Positions 48,045 through 60,215 are shown, counted from the stretch's first letter. The stretch is 64,000 bases of DNA from an uncultured delta proteobacterium (GCA_963737265.1 CAVTRY010000016.1:128001-192000); one strand, 5' to 3'. Made by a program: numbers and translations. The notes: generated by a model from the letters alone, not told the origin.

Positions 48045-51035
48045 CTACTGCAGGCAGGATGGGCTAAGGTAGGTCTCGGAGCCGTTCAGGCTGATGAAGC
48101 CGTTGGCGGCAGCCGTCCCGCAGTCGATGACGCCCTTGAAACCATCGCTGTTGTCGATGTACGTCCCGAGCGCTCCACTCACGATGGTGTTGACGCCAGC
48201 ACCACCATACATTTGGCAGGCCGCGGAGCTGGTGATGGTGTCGTCGCCCCCTTCACCGAGGAGGGTGTCCATGCCGCCACCGCCCACGATCAGGTCGTCG
48301 CCAAGGCCGCCCCAGATCATGTTGGGATTCGTATCCCCGGTCAGGGTGTCGTCGCCGGAGCCGCCACGAATGCTGGCGATGGAGTTGGCGGTGACGATGT
48401 CGTGCTCGACGGGGTTGCCGCCTTCGCCGACTTGAGTGCCGCCACCGGTCAGTGCCCCAAGATTGACAACCACGGGATTGGCGCGGTCGCTGTAGTCGAG
48501 GACGTTGACGCCGACGCTTGTGGAGGGTGCATTGCCCGAGGTGCACAGCGACGCCGGAGAGCTTGCGACGACACAGTTCAGCCCGCCACCGTCGATGACG
48601 TCATTTCCCAGGCCGCCTTGAAGCGTGTCATTGCCGTCGCCGCCGTACAGATTGTCGGCGTTCGGGCCACCGATGAGAAGGTCGTTGCCCTTTCCGCCGT
48701 ACAAGGTATTGACGGAGCTACCGCCGCCACCGATCAGGGTGTCGTTGCCATCCATGCCTTGTAGCGTGTGATTGCAGGTCGCCCGTGACGCATCGATGTA
48801 GTCGTTGCCACTTCCACCAATCACGTTTTCGATGGTGTTGTCGAGGGAGTCATGTTCGGCCGCCTCGCCATCGTTCGCGCCCGGCGCCAGGGAGCCAGCC
48901 GTGAAGTCAACGACGGTGAACCTACCGCCAGCCTTCTCCGTGAGCGAAGCGCCTGCCGGCTTGACACCGGGGAAGGAAACGGTCACTACCGGTCCCTTCG
49001 CCGTTGCCGTAAGGTGAGTCGCTGCCGGTGAGGCATCCCATCCCGCGCCAGCTATCGCCGCCGCAGTCGCCACGGCCACGGAACCCGCGTCGTTGTGCAC
49101 AGCAGAAAGGTCAATTTCAACAGTGTTGACCGTCGGGACGAAAGCGGAAACCGAACTGGTCATACCCTGTACAGCGAGAGCGCTGCCAGTCGATGTGATG
49201 GCCGTTCCGGTAACCAAGGCAGTCGCCAACAGCGCGACGGTGTCTTGCGGCGCCGGGACTGGCTGGATGGCCGCGGTGATGTTTAGACTGGCACCAGTGA
49301 TGGCGGCGGCGGTGGCTGTGGCGATGTCGGCGTTGGTCAAGACGTAGCTTGGATCGCTCGTCGAGATCTTCTTCGCGGCGAGCAGGGTAAACAGATCGAT
49401 GATCGTATTCCCATCGGCACCGGCGTCCGTGCCGGTACCGGCATCGACGACGGCGCTTTGCCAATCGCTCGCACTCATGCTGACCGCGTACTCGAACGTC
49501 ACCGCGGTGCTGTGATCGGAAATGGTGAGCTTGTCCCCGTCCACCGGGGTGGACTTCACCTGAATCGAGCCACTGCCATACCCTGCGCCAGTGGTCGTGT
49601 ACTCGAAGACCTTGGTATTGCCCGACGTCTTATCCGTGATGGTGAAGCCGTCATGGTCAGCAATTTCGACGGTGCCCGCCGCCGAATTGCCCCCAGTCAC
49701 GGAGACCGAGCTTGCGCCGGCCGTAGCAACCTTCTTCACGCAGGTAATCGTGGCCTTGGACGGGCTGACGACCAGGTCGTCGCCCATGGTGATGGTCAGC
49801 GGATTCGTCCGGCCGCTGTAGTCGACGGTGTCGACATCAGGCGTGGTGTCGTCGGAGCCACTGATGTAGTCGTGGGCCAACGCTGCTTGCTGCTGGAACA
49901 GGTCGTTGCCCTTGTTGCCAAACAGGTGATTGACCGCGGTGCTGACGACAGTTGTCGTGGCAGTGCTGGTGAGCGTGGTCGTGGTGGTATTCGTAGCGGT
50001 GGTGGTCCCGGTGGTCGTGGTAGAGGCTGTGCCCGTTCCAATGACAGTGACGCTGGTAGTAAGCGTGCTGGTGCCAATGGCGGTGGTGGCAGCGGTGGAG
50101 GTGGCGGTGGCGGTGCCAGTGTGAGTGTTGGTGGCAGTCGTCGTGCCAGTCGTCGTCGTCGTGTTCGTGGCTGTAACAGCTCCAATTACGGTCACCGTGA
50201 GAGTGGAGGTGCTAGTGGTCGTCACTGGGACCGTGCCCGGCATGCTGCCGGCGCCGCTGGTGATGGTGTCATCCCCGTCGCCGCCGTACACCGTCAAATT
50301 GATACTTCCAACCAGTTGGCTCGTGAGAGCCGCGCCACCAATGGGTGCTCCACCCTGGCCGGTGATGACGTCGTTACCCGGACCGGTGCTGACGAGGATG
50401 TCCGTGACACCGACCATGCTCAGATCGGGATAGGTTCGCGCGGCGGCCAGTGTCGTGGGGGCACTGCCAAACCCGAAAGAACCGTACGAGGTCGTGGCAA
50501 AACCAGTGCCACTTCCCGTCGAAATACTTCCAAACGTAAAGGTATCCGCATTCAGGGTTCCGCGAATCAAGACCTCGTTGATGACGCCTGAACCCGCGGC
50601 CATGTTGACGACGATGTTTGGCGAGTTGGCGGCCGTTGCGACGCTAAATGTTCCGAAGTAGTAATCGAGAAACACCTTGCGAGTGCCGGCCCCTGAATCG
50701 CTGCTCTTGGAGTTGATGGTGATCTTACTGGTGCTCGCAAACGAGCACTCGGCTCCGGTAGAGTCCACCGTGTTGGCGACGACCACGCCGTCGGTGGCCC
50801 GCTTGAAGAGGTAGAGAGATTCGCCCAAGCCCACGGGAATCGTCGCGGTACCCGTCCCGAGGACGCAGGGTGAGCTCAACAGGTCGAAGTGCGTTGGGAT
50901 GAAGCCTTCAAAGCCAGCCGGATCGAAGTTCGTGCCGCTGCCGCCGGCCTGCTGGCCCTGTTGTCCACAGGCACACGCCCCGCAAATAAGCAGTCCCAAT
51001 CCAAGATTTCGTAATCCTCGCCTCTTGTCGAACAT
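48045..51035 (-). CDS. Lipoprotein with RTX/hemolysin-type Ca-binding repeats and a Thr-rich segment
   Basis: Lipobox ACAC, GGxGxD repeats, DTVDYS..IENVIGGSGND. Confidence 0.85.
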   Translation of the reverse strand: MFDKRRGLRNLGLGLLICGACACGQQGQQAGGSGTNFDPAGFEGFIPTHFDLLSSPCVLGTGTATIPVGLGESLYLFKRATDGVVVANTVDSTGAECSFASTSKITINSKSSDSGAGTRKVFLDYYFGTFSVATAANSPNIVVNMAAGSGVINEVLIRGTLNADTFTFGSISTGSGTGFATTSYGSFGFGSAPTTLAAARTYPDLSMVGVTDILVSTGPGNDVITGQGGAPIGGAALTSQLVGSINLTVYGGDGDDTITSGAGSMPGTVPVTTTSTSTLTVTVIGAVTATNTTTTTGTTTATNTHTGTATATSTAATTAIGTSTLTTSVTVIGTGTASTTTTGTTTATNTTTTTLTSTATTTVVSTAVNHLFGNKGNDLFQQQAALAHDYISGSDDTTPDVDTVDYSGRTNPLTITMGDDLVVSPSKATITCVKKVATAGASSVSVTGGNSAAGTVEIADHDGFTITDKTSGNTKVFEYTTTGAGYGSGSIQVKSTPVDGDKLTISDHSTAVTFEYAVSMSASDWQSAVVDAGTGTDAGADGNTIIDLFTLLAAKKISTSDPSYVLTNADIATATAAAITGASLNITAAIQPVPAPQDTVALLATALVTGTAITSTGSALAVQGMTSSVSAFVPTVNTVEIDLSAVHNDAGSVAVATAAAIAGAGWDASPAATHLTATAKGPVVTVSFPGVKPAGASLTEKAGGRFTVVDFTAGSLAPGANDGEAAEHDSLDNTIENVIGGSGNDYIDASRATCNHTLQGMDGNDTLIGGGGSSVNTLYGGKGNDLLIGGPNADNLYGGDGNDTLQGGLGNDVIDGGGLNCVVASSPASLCTSGNAPSTSVGVNVLDYSDRANPVVVNLGALTGGGTQVGEGGNPVEHDIVTANSIASIRGGSGDDTLTGDTNPNMIWGGLGDDLIVGGGGMDTLLGEGGDDTITSSAACQMYGGAGVNTIVSGALGTYIDNSDGFKGVIDCGTAAANGFISLNGSETYLSPSCLQ

Positions 51036-51398
51036 GACGTGACCTCCTTGAGCATCGACGGAAATAGTCAGGGCGTTCATTCGCACGTCCTATCGCAACA
51101 AGCATTGCCGTCCCAGCGCCCGTTGCCACTGCACACCAAAGTCATTGGCCATCTTCTCTTCGACTCGCGGTCGCCATCCGTTAAGGCCGAGAAGCAATAA
51201 TCTCCCCAATTGACCGAAAATTCTCGCTGTCAAGGAGGCCAATGGTGAACAGTCATCGCACTCGAAAACACATCGACATCCACATGTGCCGAGCGGCTAC
51301 CTTGCGATGTCGGTTTTCCGCCACTCGCCCGGCCCGACGGCGACCACAGCGACGAGCGGCAACGACGGCAACGAGCGGCCGACCTCTAGCTAGCCGAG

Positions 51399-53042
51399 TC
51401 ACCTTGTGGGTCGGTACGAACGGCCCGTCCATTTCAGCGCCAGACCGTCTGCGGTCGCAATCGCAATGCCGACCCGGTAGTCATCGACGGGAATGTCGAA
51501 CAGGGCCGGAAACGCCTCGAATCCCGCCATATCGTAATCGAACTGAACGTTTTGCGAGAGCGAAGCCTCCGGCCGACGCGTCTTCATCGTTGGAATCCAA
51601 TACGACCGTTGCGGGCTTGGCGACAGGATAAGATAGGTCTGCCATTTCGTGGGGATTCTTCCGACTATCAGAGCCCATCCCTGAAGTCGCGAGCCGTCGA
51701 AAAAATCGATTTGGCTCGTCATTCCGAGGCTGGGTCCCAATACCCCGCGATGAACTTCCGTCTTTCGCCCAGGTCCGATGGCCGTGACATAGTCGAAGAC
51801 GCCCAACTCCTTTGACCGGAGAAGAATCGGCTCGCACCTCTCGGACGGCCCGTCGCAGTACAGAGTAATGCGGGAATGGGGAAGGTAGCCGGCCATGCCA
51901 TTCGACCGTTCCGAGTATTCCCGGGAAAGGTCGCCGAACACGTCGGCCTTGGCCGTCATCGCAAAACTGTACGTCATGGCCAGCACCGCCGACAGCGCCA
52001 GCACCCTGAGCGCTCGACGCGGGTTTTCCGTAGAATCTTGAACGAGCAGATAGACGGCGACCCCAGCCACCATCGACACTGTCGCGAATCGTGAAGCGAC
52101 GCAGGCCGCCTCATAGCGGTCGCCGCCGTAACCTCCCCTTCCGATGGCGATGGCCGCCGCTTGGGAAAGTGACAGGAACGACAGCGCCACCGCCCAGGGC
52201 GAAGTCTTGCGTAGAAAAATGAAGTACAGCATGGCCGCAACCGAGACCAGACCGAGGGTGATGGAATAGCCGGCAAAGCGCAGCTCGCTCCCCACCACCG
52301 CCAGGCCGTAGGCGAGTGTCGCCTCGAAATCAAGCACTGCCACGGACAGCACGGGGTGCCCCGAGGTCGGTGTGTAGCGATGAAAATACAGAAGGGCCAG
52401 AAGGATGGTTGTCCCGGCAAGCGCACCCGACAGCCGCCACGCTCGTCGCGCCACTGCGATTCCGATACACACCACGAAGAGCGGCCAGCAAACCATCGAC
52501 GTCAGGACGCCCGCCACGCACGAAAGACATGTGGCCACAATTCGGCCGGTTGCTAGGTACCTCAGAGCAACAATACTGAAAAACGTCGCACCATAGTTTT
52601 GCAGGCTGGCCATGGCCCAAAAGGTATTCTCGCGATGGACGAACGAAAACCACAGATAGGCTAACGGAACGTAGAAAAGCAGCGGCAGCTTTGCTTTCTT
52701 GCGATGCTCGCGCACGATCAATACGAAACTTGCGGTCCAGGCCAGGCTGCCGACAAAGCTTAGCTGGCGAAAGTTGATGTGCCCCCAAAGGTAGTACTGG
52801 ACCAAAGCCACAATACGCGGCAAGACCAGTCGGTGCTCGTTGTGCTGAGCCCAGAGCACGGCCACCTTTCGAGATAAGCCGGACGCCCCGAGAAAGCGGT
52901 TGGTGGAATCGAGAATCACGTCGTAATCGTCGAGAACTGGAACATTCGCGGCGAAGACGAACAAGTGAATCCAGTAACTCGCGATGGGCAGGCCGAGGAG
53001 GAGCAGGGCGAACAGATGCATCTTTCCAGAAGTCAGCCCCAT
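51399..53042 (-). CDS. Polytopic membrane protein, possible GT-C glycosyltransferase
   Basis: PVLDDY, WAQHNEHRLVLPR, about 12 TM segments plus a soluble C-terminus; AAGGAG RBS. Confidence 0.65.
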   Translation of the reverse strand: MGLTSGKMHLFALLLLGLPIASYWIHLFVFAANVPVLDDYDVILDSTNRFLGASGLSRKVAVLWAQHNEHRLVLPRIVALVQYYLWGHINFRQLSFVGSLAWTASFVLIVREHRKKAKLPLLFYVPLAYLWFSFVHRENTFWAMASLQNYGATFFSIVALRYLATGRIVATCLSCVAGVLTSMVCWPLFVVCIGIAVARRAWRLSGALAGTTILLALLYFHRYTPTSGHPVLSVAVLDFEATLAYGLAVVGSELRFAGYSITLGLVSVAAMLYFIFLRKTSPWAVALSFLSLSQAAAIAIGRGGYGGDRYEAACVASRFATVSMVAGVAVYLLVQDSTENPRRALRVLALSAVLAMTYSFAMTAKADVFGDLSREYSERSNGMAGYLPHSRITLYCDGPSERCEPILLRSKELGVFDYVTAIGPGRKTEVHRGVLGPSLGMTSQIDFFDGSRLQGWALIVGRIPTKWQTYLILSPSPQRSYWIPTMKTRRPEASLSQNVQFDYDMAGFEAFPALFDIPVDDYRVGIAIATADGLALKWTGRSYRPTR

Positions 53043-53185
53043 CTCCTTCGCCCAGCCCTGGGTCGGTGATGGCTGCCCAGGATCTGTCGGAGAAAGCAGT
53101 TTGCGGACGTATTGGCGAAGTCGCCGACCTGATGTGGGGCGCGTTAGGTCTCGGTGCGCGCCAAAGCAGCTTGCGGACATGTCTA

Positions 53186-54304
53186 TCAGGGCAGATTGTA
53201 AGTGAGGGTGTAGTCCCCCATGCTGGCGCCCACGCTGCCCCCCACCGCCAAGACCTGAATCCCGGCGCCGGGTGGTACATTGGTGCTGAGGGTCGACAGA
53301 ATGCCGCAGGCCGGGTCGTCGTCGTTGCATTCCACGTCGTCGGTTCGTGGAATTTGCAGCGATAAGACCGTATCCCAATCGGCGCCCCCGCAGGTGGACG
53401 CAAGGAGCGGACCGCCAGTGTAGTCGGGACAACTCGACCACCAGTAGCTGTTCTTTGGGCCGACCGCCTGACATTGTCCAGCGAAGTCGACGCCACTGGT
53501 GGTTCCTTGCACTGACCCCGGTCCGGGGGCCAACGCGGCGAACGGTCCAGTGCCCAGGAGTGCGTGTTGAAAGTGCACAGTAACATCGCCGCTCTCGTCA
53601 TTGACGCCGCTGACGATGAGATAATGAAAACCTAGGTTCAGCATCGCCAACGCCTGCGATTGGCTGGCGCCGCAAGCATCATCATTGCAAGCCGCCAGGT
53701 CGTCGTTGCCGGGCGGCGGTACGGATGTGTCGCAGGAATCGCTGAACAAAAGGGCCGTGTTCCAAGCTGCCCCGAAGGTATCCGCGTAAACCAGTTGGGG
53801 CGTCTCCGTGGTTACCTCGAACCTGAGAACCACGTCGGCGCCGTTGCTGGCACAGGGAAAGTCGACAAGATGGGTTGCCTGGCCGGTTTTGACCACGATG
53901 TCCGCATGATTCAAGCCGAGGGAAATGTCGATGGGAGACGCGCAGGTGCCGTTGCCCACCCGGGCAACGTCGGCAGCCGTGTCCGCTGCGCCATTCTTCG
54001 CGTCGCTGCCTTTCGCGACGTCAGTGCGGCCGACGGCACTGTCCTTGGTCCCCGCAAGATCCAGTACCGCCGAGTCGAAACGACCATCTCGCGCGCCCAC
54101 GGCATCGCGTGCGGCACCTGCATCTAGACCCGCAAGGCCGACGCCCCCCGCGTCGCGTCGCCCGCCGTCCGGGGCTCGCCCGGAGTCGATTCCCTTGCCC
54201 GTCTCCTGGTTTCCAACCGAACCATCCCCGACAGCCTTTCCAGATTTCGAGGAACAGGCCAGTCCCAAGAGGAGCACGGCAAGCGTGGGAACCTTGTACT
54301 TCAT
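53186..54304 (-). CDS. Cys-rich lipoprotein (tandem paralog A)
   Basis: Lipobox GLAC, Asp/Ala/Gly linker, YADTFGA.WNT..CNDDACG domain. Confidence 0.8.
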   Translation of the reverse strand: MKYKVPTLAVLLLGLACSSKSGKAVGDGSVGNQETGKGIDSGRAPDGGRRDAGGVGLAGLDAGAARDAVGARDGRFDSAVLDLAGTKDSAVGRTDVAKGSDAKNGAADTAADVARVGNGTCASPIDISLGLNHADIVVKTGQATHLVDFPCASNGADVVLRFEVTTETPQLVYADTFGAAWNTALLFSDSCDTSVPPPGNDDLAACNDDACGASQSQALAMLNLGFHYLIVSGVNDESGDVTVHFQHALLGTGPFAALAPGPGSVQGTTSGVDFAGQCQAVGPKNSYWWSSCPDYTGGPLLASTCGGADWDTVLSLQIPRTDDVECNDDDPACGILSTLSTNVPPGAGIQVLAVGGSVGASMGDYTLTYNLP

Positions 54305-54395
54305 AGAACGCATGCCCTGGAGGCTATCGGCGCATCGCGGTCGATCTTGAGCGACCGGTCGTCCGAACCGAGAGCGATGTTGGCATCTTTCCATC

Positions 54396-55544
54396 CTACG
54401 GGCGTGTGTAGGTAATCGTGTATTTCCCAAATGAATTGGGAACGTTGCCAAATATCGAGAGTATTTGCAGTCCCGCGCCTGCGGGCACGGGTGCCGCCAC
54501 GGTGGCACACGAATCCTCGCTGCCGTTGCAAGAGCTGATTGCCCCTCGCCCAACCTGCTCGACGAGCAGGCTCTTGAAGGTCGTGCCTGGGCACGTCGCT
54601 GCCGAGAACGCCCCTCCCGCGAAATCCGGACAGGTCGTCCACCAGTAGGTGTTTTCGGGGCCGTCCGCCTCACAGATTGCGGTACCGCTGTCGCCGCTTG
54701 TGGTTCCCGTGAGCGAGCCAACGCCAGCCGGAAACGGCAGCAGAGCTCCATACCCCGTCACCAATCGATCGAGGTGGATAGTCGCATCGCCCGACTCGCC
54801 GTTGGCCCCACTCAAGATTAGATAGTACGTACCCAGGGAGAGCAGCGCCGTGGCTTGCGACTGGGTAGTGCCGCAAGCATCGTCGTTGCACATGGAGAGG
54901 CCGGAATTGGTAACCGGGATGCTGGCGCGAGGTGGGCAAGTGTCGCTAAAGAGCAGAATTGTGTTCCAGGACGCCCCGAAGGTGTCCGCATAGACGACTT
55001 GCGGACTGGTGACCGTAAGCGAAAAGATTGTGTCACCGCCGTTCTTGGCACAGGGAATGTTGACTTGGTGGGCGGCTCCGACATTGGTAGTGAGGATGTT
55101 TGCGCGCATGCTGTTGAAGGGGATGGGAATTGGCGAGGCGCACGTTCCGCCCGATATGGGTAGCGCGTCGTCATTCACGGCATCGTCGTCGGCATCAATT
55201 GTCACGCCGCCATCCGCCGAGCCCACGCCAGGATCCGAGTCGATGTTCGATGGCGCATCTTTTCCGTCGTTCGTTCTGGCGGCGTCGCGCGAGTCGGGTC
55301 CTGCCTCCGAAATTCCGGCTTCAGCCGCGCGGCTGTCGGAATTCCGCGAGTCGACGCTGACTCCGTCGTCTTTCCGCGCGTCGCCGGCGTCGGAAACCCG
55401 CGCATCCACGGTTGCGCCCGCTTCGGCGACATGGTCGGCGGCATCGAGCGCACTGGCCCCGGTGTGAGAAGAGCAGCCGAGCAGCAGGAGCAGCGGAGCG
55501 AGTGCGAGTGTAAATGTAAGTGTAGTTTGCTTGCCAACACACAT
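54396..55544 (-). CDS. Cys-rich lipoprotein (tandem paralog B)
   Basis: Lipobox LLGC, same YADTFGASWNT..CNDDACG..YWWT.CPD domain. Confidence 0.8.
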   Translation of the reverse strand: MCVGKQTTLTFTLALAPLLLLLGCSSHTGASALDAADHVAEAGATVDARVSDAGDARKDDGVSVDSRNSDSRAAEAGISEAGPDSRDAARTNDGKDAPSNIDSDPGVGSADGGVTIDADDDAVNDDALPISGGTCASPIPIPFNSMRANILTTNVGAAHQVNIPCAKNGGDTIFSLTVTSPQVVYADTFGASWNTILLFSDTCPPRASIPVTNSGLSMCNDDACGTTQSQATALLSLGTYYLILSGANGESGDATIHLDRLVTGYGALLPFPAGVGSLTGTTSGDSGTAICEADGPENTYWWTTCPDFAGGAFSAATCPGTTFKSLLVEQVGRGAISSCNGSEDSCATVAAPVPAGAGLQILSIFGNVPNSFGKYTITYTRP

Positions 55545-55743
55545 GATGGGGAAGGTATCGGCCTGGCAACGTCGATTCTTTAGCTAACCCCCTTAACGGA
55601 TCGGGCGGCCGAGACGAAGACCTTCGTGAACAGGATTCTTGGTAACCCGTGCGACGCGTGATGAGACGGAAATCCTCGTCGCCCCAAGGCGTGCTGAACG
55701 CAGGCCAAAAAATGCTCCGTCGGTAGGTTAAGGAGGTCTCGTC

Positions 55744-58650
55744 ATGCGCCACAAGATTCGAGAATTTGGAAGTTTGGGATTGGGAGTGCTCTTGACTGGA
55801 GCCCTCGCCTGCAGCGGGCAGCCGAAGGGCAGCGGAGTCGACTTCAATAGCAACGGCTATGAAGGATTTACCGATACGCACTTCGATCTACTCTCGGCGT
55901 CTTGTACGATCACGAGCGGAAACCTTGCCCTGTCGGTCGGGGCCAACGAGACTGCCTACCTATTCAAACGGCCAGGCGATGGCATGGTGGTGGCCAACGC
56001 AACCAACCAGGCCGGCACCGAGTGTGACTGGGCTCCGGTTGTCGCGGGCGTCGCCAAGACTCTGACGATTACCTCGTCCGGGGCTGGCAACACCGTTCTG
56101 TTGGACTTCATGAACGGCCAATTCGGCGTGGGAAGCAAGACCGGCGCGGCTATCTCCATTACTCTTGGTGGTACCACCAGCGACACCCTCATGATTCGCG
56201 GAAGCGCCAACGCCGACATCGTCACCTTGGGCACGGCGACGACGGGCAGCACGCCAACCCTGATTTCCTACAACCCCGGCACGAGCACCACCAAGGCGCC
56301 CGCGGCCAAAACCTTTCCGGATATCAGCGTGACGGGTGCGCTCAACATCATCGTCAGCGCCGGTCCGGGCAATGACATCATCACCGGTCAAGGTGGCGCG
56401 GCCGTTGGCGGGGCTGGCTTGCTCGATGGGAAAATTAGCCTGACCGTCTATGGTGGCGTCGGCGACGACACGATTACCAGCGGCGCTGCCAGCACTGGCG
56501 GCGCGTTCAACACGCTCCAGGGCAACGACGGAAGCGACCTCTTCATCGAGCCGTGCTCCGCCACCAAACCGTATCCTGGCATTCTGGCCAGCGACAGCAT
56601 CTACGGCGGTCCCGATACGCAGAGTACGCCCGCCACGGATGTGGACACCGTCGACTATAGCTGCCGGACCAACGACCTGACCATCACGCTGGGAGAACCC
56701 GCCGTGGCGGCGACGGGAAGCGTAACAGTGCCAGCAAGGGCGAATTTCGCGGCTGGCGATTTCTTCACTCTCAACGATGGCACTAATCCGGTCGTCAGCT
56801 TCGCGTATGAGTCGGCGTCGAAGGGCACGGTAACGATTACGCCGTGGGCAGGCAGCCCAACCAAGGTGTCGCAGATCAACGACCACGACACGCTCTTAGT
56901 AAACGACGGAGTTGCTCCGGCGCAAACCTATGAATTCAAGACGACCCAGGGTGATATCAATAGCATAGCGTCCGGGATCCCGGCGGCTTCGGGCATCCAT
57001 TGGGTGCAGACTAACGACGCATACACCACGATTGACGTGTCGCTTGACGCCGCCTCGCCCATCACGAGCGAGAGCGACGAAGCCGAGGTAACCCTCGCCG
57101 CGTTGACGACCGGAATCTTCGATTCTGCCACGGGAACAATCAAGCCCACGCGCGCTGGCAACGTCATCACCTTCGCGAACAATCTCGGACTCAATTCGGG
57201 CACGGCGGCCATCACGTACACCAAGGCCGGCGCCAACACGGCCATGACCGCGTCGGATTTCGCGGGTGGTGTTGACCCCAGTCTAGTTTACAACACCGGG
57301 ACCGTTGTAAACATCGACATCTCCAACGCTTCAACCCCGGCAGCGGTGGCGGCCCTGACCGCGGTTGCCATCAATAGCTATGGCGCGCTTCTTACCCTAT
57401 CAGCTGTGTCCGATATTAACGGCAAGATCACTCTGACGAATCTGGTGCCTGACACGACTCTCACCACAGGAAATCTCCTGGGCGTGGCAGGATCCGCCAA
57501 TTTCACCACCCCCATTGCCATGACCGGCGGGGCGGCCGCATCCGCACCCGCCGCGAATGACGGTGAATCCGGCGAAAAGGACAACATCCATGCCGACATC
57601 GAAAACATCATCGGCGGCGCTGGCAACGATACGATCGATGCTTCGCTGGCGCCTTTGAAGCACGTTCTCATGGGCATGGCGGGCAACGACACCCTGATCG
57701 GCGGCGTCGACAAGGACACGCTCTACGGCGGCCCGGGCGACGACACTCTCATCGGCGGCGGCGGCAACGACTACCTTATCGGTGGCGACGGCAACGACGT
57801 GCTCCAAGGTGGGCTCGGCGATGACACCCTCGACGGCGGCGGTCAGAACTGTATCGTCACGGCGGTAGCCTCCCCCACCAGCGGATGGGCGCCGATCACG
57901 ACCATCTCCAAGACCAATCCGTTCATCATGTTGTCGCCAACCCCGGCGGTATCCTCGGTGTGCTCGGCGAGCTTCGCCAAGGCATCGACCACGACCAACC
58001 CGGGCAACAATACCATCGACTTCAGCGACCGCTGGTCTGCCGTCACGGTGGACCTGTCGCTGGTGAGTGCAGCGGTGATTGCCAATCCGACCATCAGCAT
58101 CGTGCAGCCGGCAGGCGCCTACGTGGGCGAAAGCGACACCCTCATCCTCACCACGACGGTGGGGGGAACTGCAAAACTGCCCACGTACACGTTCCAGAAC
58201 ACGATTCAGAACATCCGCGGCGGTGCGGGCGACGACGCTCTGACCGGCGACATCCTCTCCAACGTCATCTGGGGCGGTAATGGCAACGACACAATTGTTG
58301 GCAACGCCGGCGACGACTTCCTGTACGGAGAAGGCGGCTCCGACATCATCTACGGCAACAGCGGAAACGACTATATTTCGGGCGGTCCAGGTGTGGACTT
58401 CCTGTTTGGGGACAATGACACGAACTGTGCCTTCGCAACCACGGTAGGTTGCACCGGCGTCGGCATCGGCAACTACGACTACACGGCTCCCGGCGCCGAT
58501 GTGCCCGGCGTCGACTTCATCGATGCGCAAGCCAATGATGTCGACAGCGCCATCGATTGCGGTCCCTACTCGCTCGGGGACATTGCAGTTAGGGACAAGT
58601 ACACCCTCGCGGGCGCCGATCCGGCCGGCAACAACTGCCAGGGCCTCTAG
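55744..58650 (+). CDS. Lipoprotein with RTX Ca-binding repeats, paralog of 48045-51035
   Basis: Lipobox ALAC, shared EGF..THFDLLS..C N-terminal domain, GGxGxD repeats. Confidence 0.87.
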   Translation: MRHKIREFGSLGLGVLLTGALACSGQPKGSGVDFNSNGYEGFTDTHFDLLSASCTITSGNLALSVGANETAYLFKRPGDGMVVANATNQAGTECDWAPVVAGVAKTLTITSSGAGNTVLLDFMNGQFGVGSKTGAAISITLGGTTSDTLMIRGSANADIVTLGTATTGSTPTLISYNPGTSTTKAPAAKTFPDISVTGALNIIVSAGPGNDIITGQGGAAVGGAGLLDGKISLTVYGGVGDDTITSGAASTGGAFNTLQGNDGSDLFIEPCSATKPYPGILASDSIYGGPDTQSTPATDVDTVDYSCRTNDLTITLGEPAVAATGSVTVPARANFAAGDFFTLNDGTNPVVSFAYESASKGTVTITPWAGSPTKVSQINDHDTLLVNDGVAPAQTYEFKTTQGDINSIASGIPAASGIHWVQTNDAYTTIDVSLDAASPITSESDEAEVTLAALTTGIFDSATGTIKPTRAGNVITFANNLGLNSGTAAITYTKAGANTAMTASDFAGGVDPSLVYNTGTVVNIDISNASTPAAVAALTAVAINSYGALLTLSAVSDINGKITLTNLVPDTTLTTGNLLGVAGSANFTTPIAMTGGAAASAPAANDGESGEKDNIHADIENIIGGAGNDTIDASLAPLKHVLMGMAGNDTLIGGVDKDTLYGGPGDDTLIGGGGNDYLIGGDGNDVLQGGLGDDTLDGGGQNCIVTAVASPTSGWAPITTISKTNPFIMLSPTPAVSSVCSASFAKASTTTNPGNNTIDFSDRWSAVTVDLSLVSAAVIANPTISIVQPAGAYVGESDTLILTTTVGGTAKLPTYTFQNTIQNIRGGAGDDALTGDILSNVIWGGNGNDTIVGNAGDDFLYGEGGSDIIYGNSGNDYISGGPGVDFLFGDNDTNCAFATTVGCTGVGIGNYDYTAPGADVPGVDFIDAQANDVDSAIDCGPYSLGDIAVRDKYTLAGADPAGNNCQGL

Positions 58651-58674
58651 CCAAACAACCTAGCTTCGCAAAGA

Positions 58675-58710
58675 GCGCCGGTCGCGATAACGCGGCCGGC
58701 GTTTTGCTTT
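58675..58710 (+). terminator. Intrinsic terminator
   Basis: gcgccggtcgcg-ataa-cgcggccggcgt followed by tttgcttt. Confidence 0.7.
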
Positions 58711-58864
58711 GGAGCCCAGGGCTCAAGATTTCTGCGGAACCAGGCGACTCTTTCTTACGCTGGCCGCCACTTGCTGGCGCGTTAGTCGTGACGGTATGGC
58801 CGGCACGGCCTCGCAGAAAACTTACGGAGGAAACCACGCACGCACGGGCCGGATGACCGCAGCC

Positions 58865-60215
58865 ATGAAAGCGCAATGGATACTCATGCCGCTGGCTTTG
58901 CTTGGGTTGCCGGGCTGCCTGGATCCGATTGCCGGAATCCAGTGCGCGCCAGGGTATTCCCAATGCGCGGGAACCTGCGTGGCGATGGGGGCATGTCAGC
59001 TGCTCGAACGGGGGCGAAGATGCGGGCGACGGTACTTCGGGCGAAGACAGCTCTTCCGATAGCTCGCCAGCCGCCGACGATGCGGACCAGACCGAAGCTC
59101 CGTCGGCGTCAGAGGGCGGCGTGTCCGAAGGTGGCGACAACGAAAGCGAGGCTGGCCAAGTGGACGCGCAATGGCGAGACGCTCCCCGACCAGCCGATGC
59201 AATCGGCGATGCTGCCACGCGCGCGGCGGACGTGCGGCCCGAGGTAGGTCCACGTCTCGACGCAGGCGTCGATGTCCCGCTCGACACGTCGCTCATTTCA
59301 GTCGGCGACGCCCCCAATTCCGACGCCGCCGACGCCAAAGCCGGTGCCCGCAGCGACACCGTGGACGTGCCTGCCTCGGACGATCAGCGGATTGGCTACG
59401 ACGGCAAGCCCGACGTCGCTTCGCCAGATATTCGCGTGGGTGATGCGGGACTGCCTTGTGTGGGATGCCTGGACGCAAGCGATGCCCAAAGTGGGGAAGT
59501 CGCATGGCCGCTGCTAGACGGCGGTGGGCTCGATGTCTCCCCCTTCGTGGATGCCGGCGAAAGAGATATTGGCGAACCAATAGTCAAGGTGGGACGGGTG
59601 ATTCTTATCGGCCACGACTATCTTGCCAGTCAGCCGGCCATGAACGGCATTCTCGGCAACGCCATCTTCCGCTCGCCCGCCAATCCAGTCCGCCTCGTGG
59701 CCTACATAGGCGTCGCGGACCCGACGGCCATGGCGAACGCGGACGGGGCGATCGCCCAGGTGTCCGCCGCCAACGGTCGCCTAGTCCAACGTGTGACCGC
59801 GACCGCCAGCGAGATCCCGGCCCACCTGCCCCAAGCCGACGTCCTTCTCGTCTACGGTCAGGAGCGCGCCAACGATGCAACCCTTCTCCAACTCGGGCAG
59901 AACTGGTCGGCGGCGCTTACCCTCTTCGTGAGCTCGGGCGGAACCGTGGTCGTGCTCGATGGCTATTACTACACCACGAACGCGGGCACATGTCAGATCC
60001 TGGCCCAAGCCGGACTGTTTGCCATCTATCGTAACGACACGGTCACCTACGACCAGTGCAGGGTCGTCGCTCCAGCGGATCCATTGGTCGCCGGTCTTGC
60101 CAAAAGCTACCTCTGTCCTAGCAATAGCGTCGACTTCGTCACGACTGAGACGAGCCCGGCCATCACGACCGTGGTGAGCTATGGAAAACCTGTCGTGATC
60201 TACAAGACCTTCTGA
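58865..60215 (+). CDS. Lipoprotein with an acidic linker and C-terminal alpha/beta domain; apparent +1 frameshift near 59007
   Basis: MKAQWILMPLALLGLPGC...CQLL joins DGGEDAG... if one A in ctcgaac is removed. C-terminal GRVILIGHDY domain. Confidence 0.7.
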
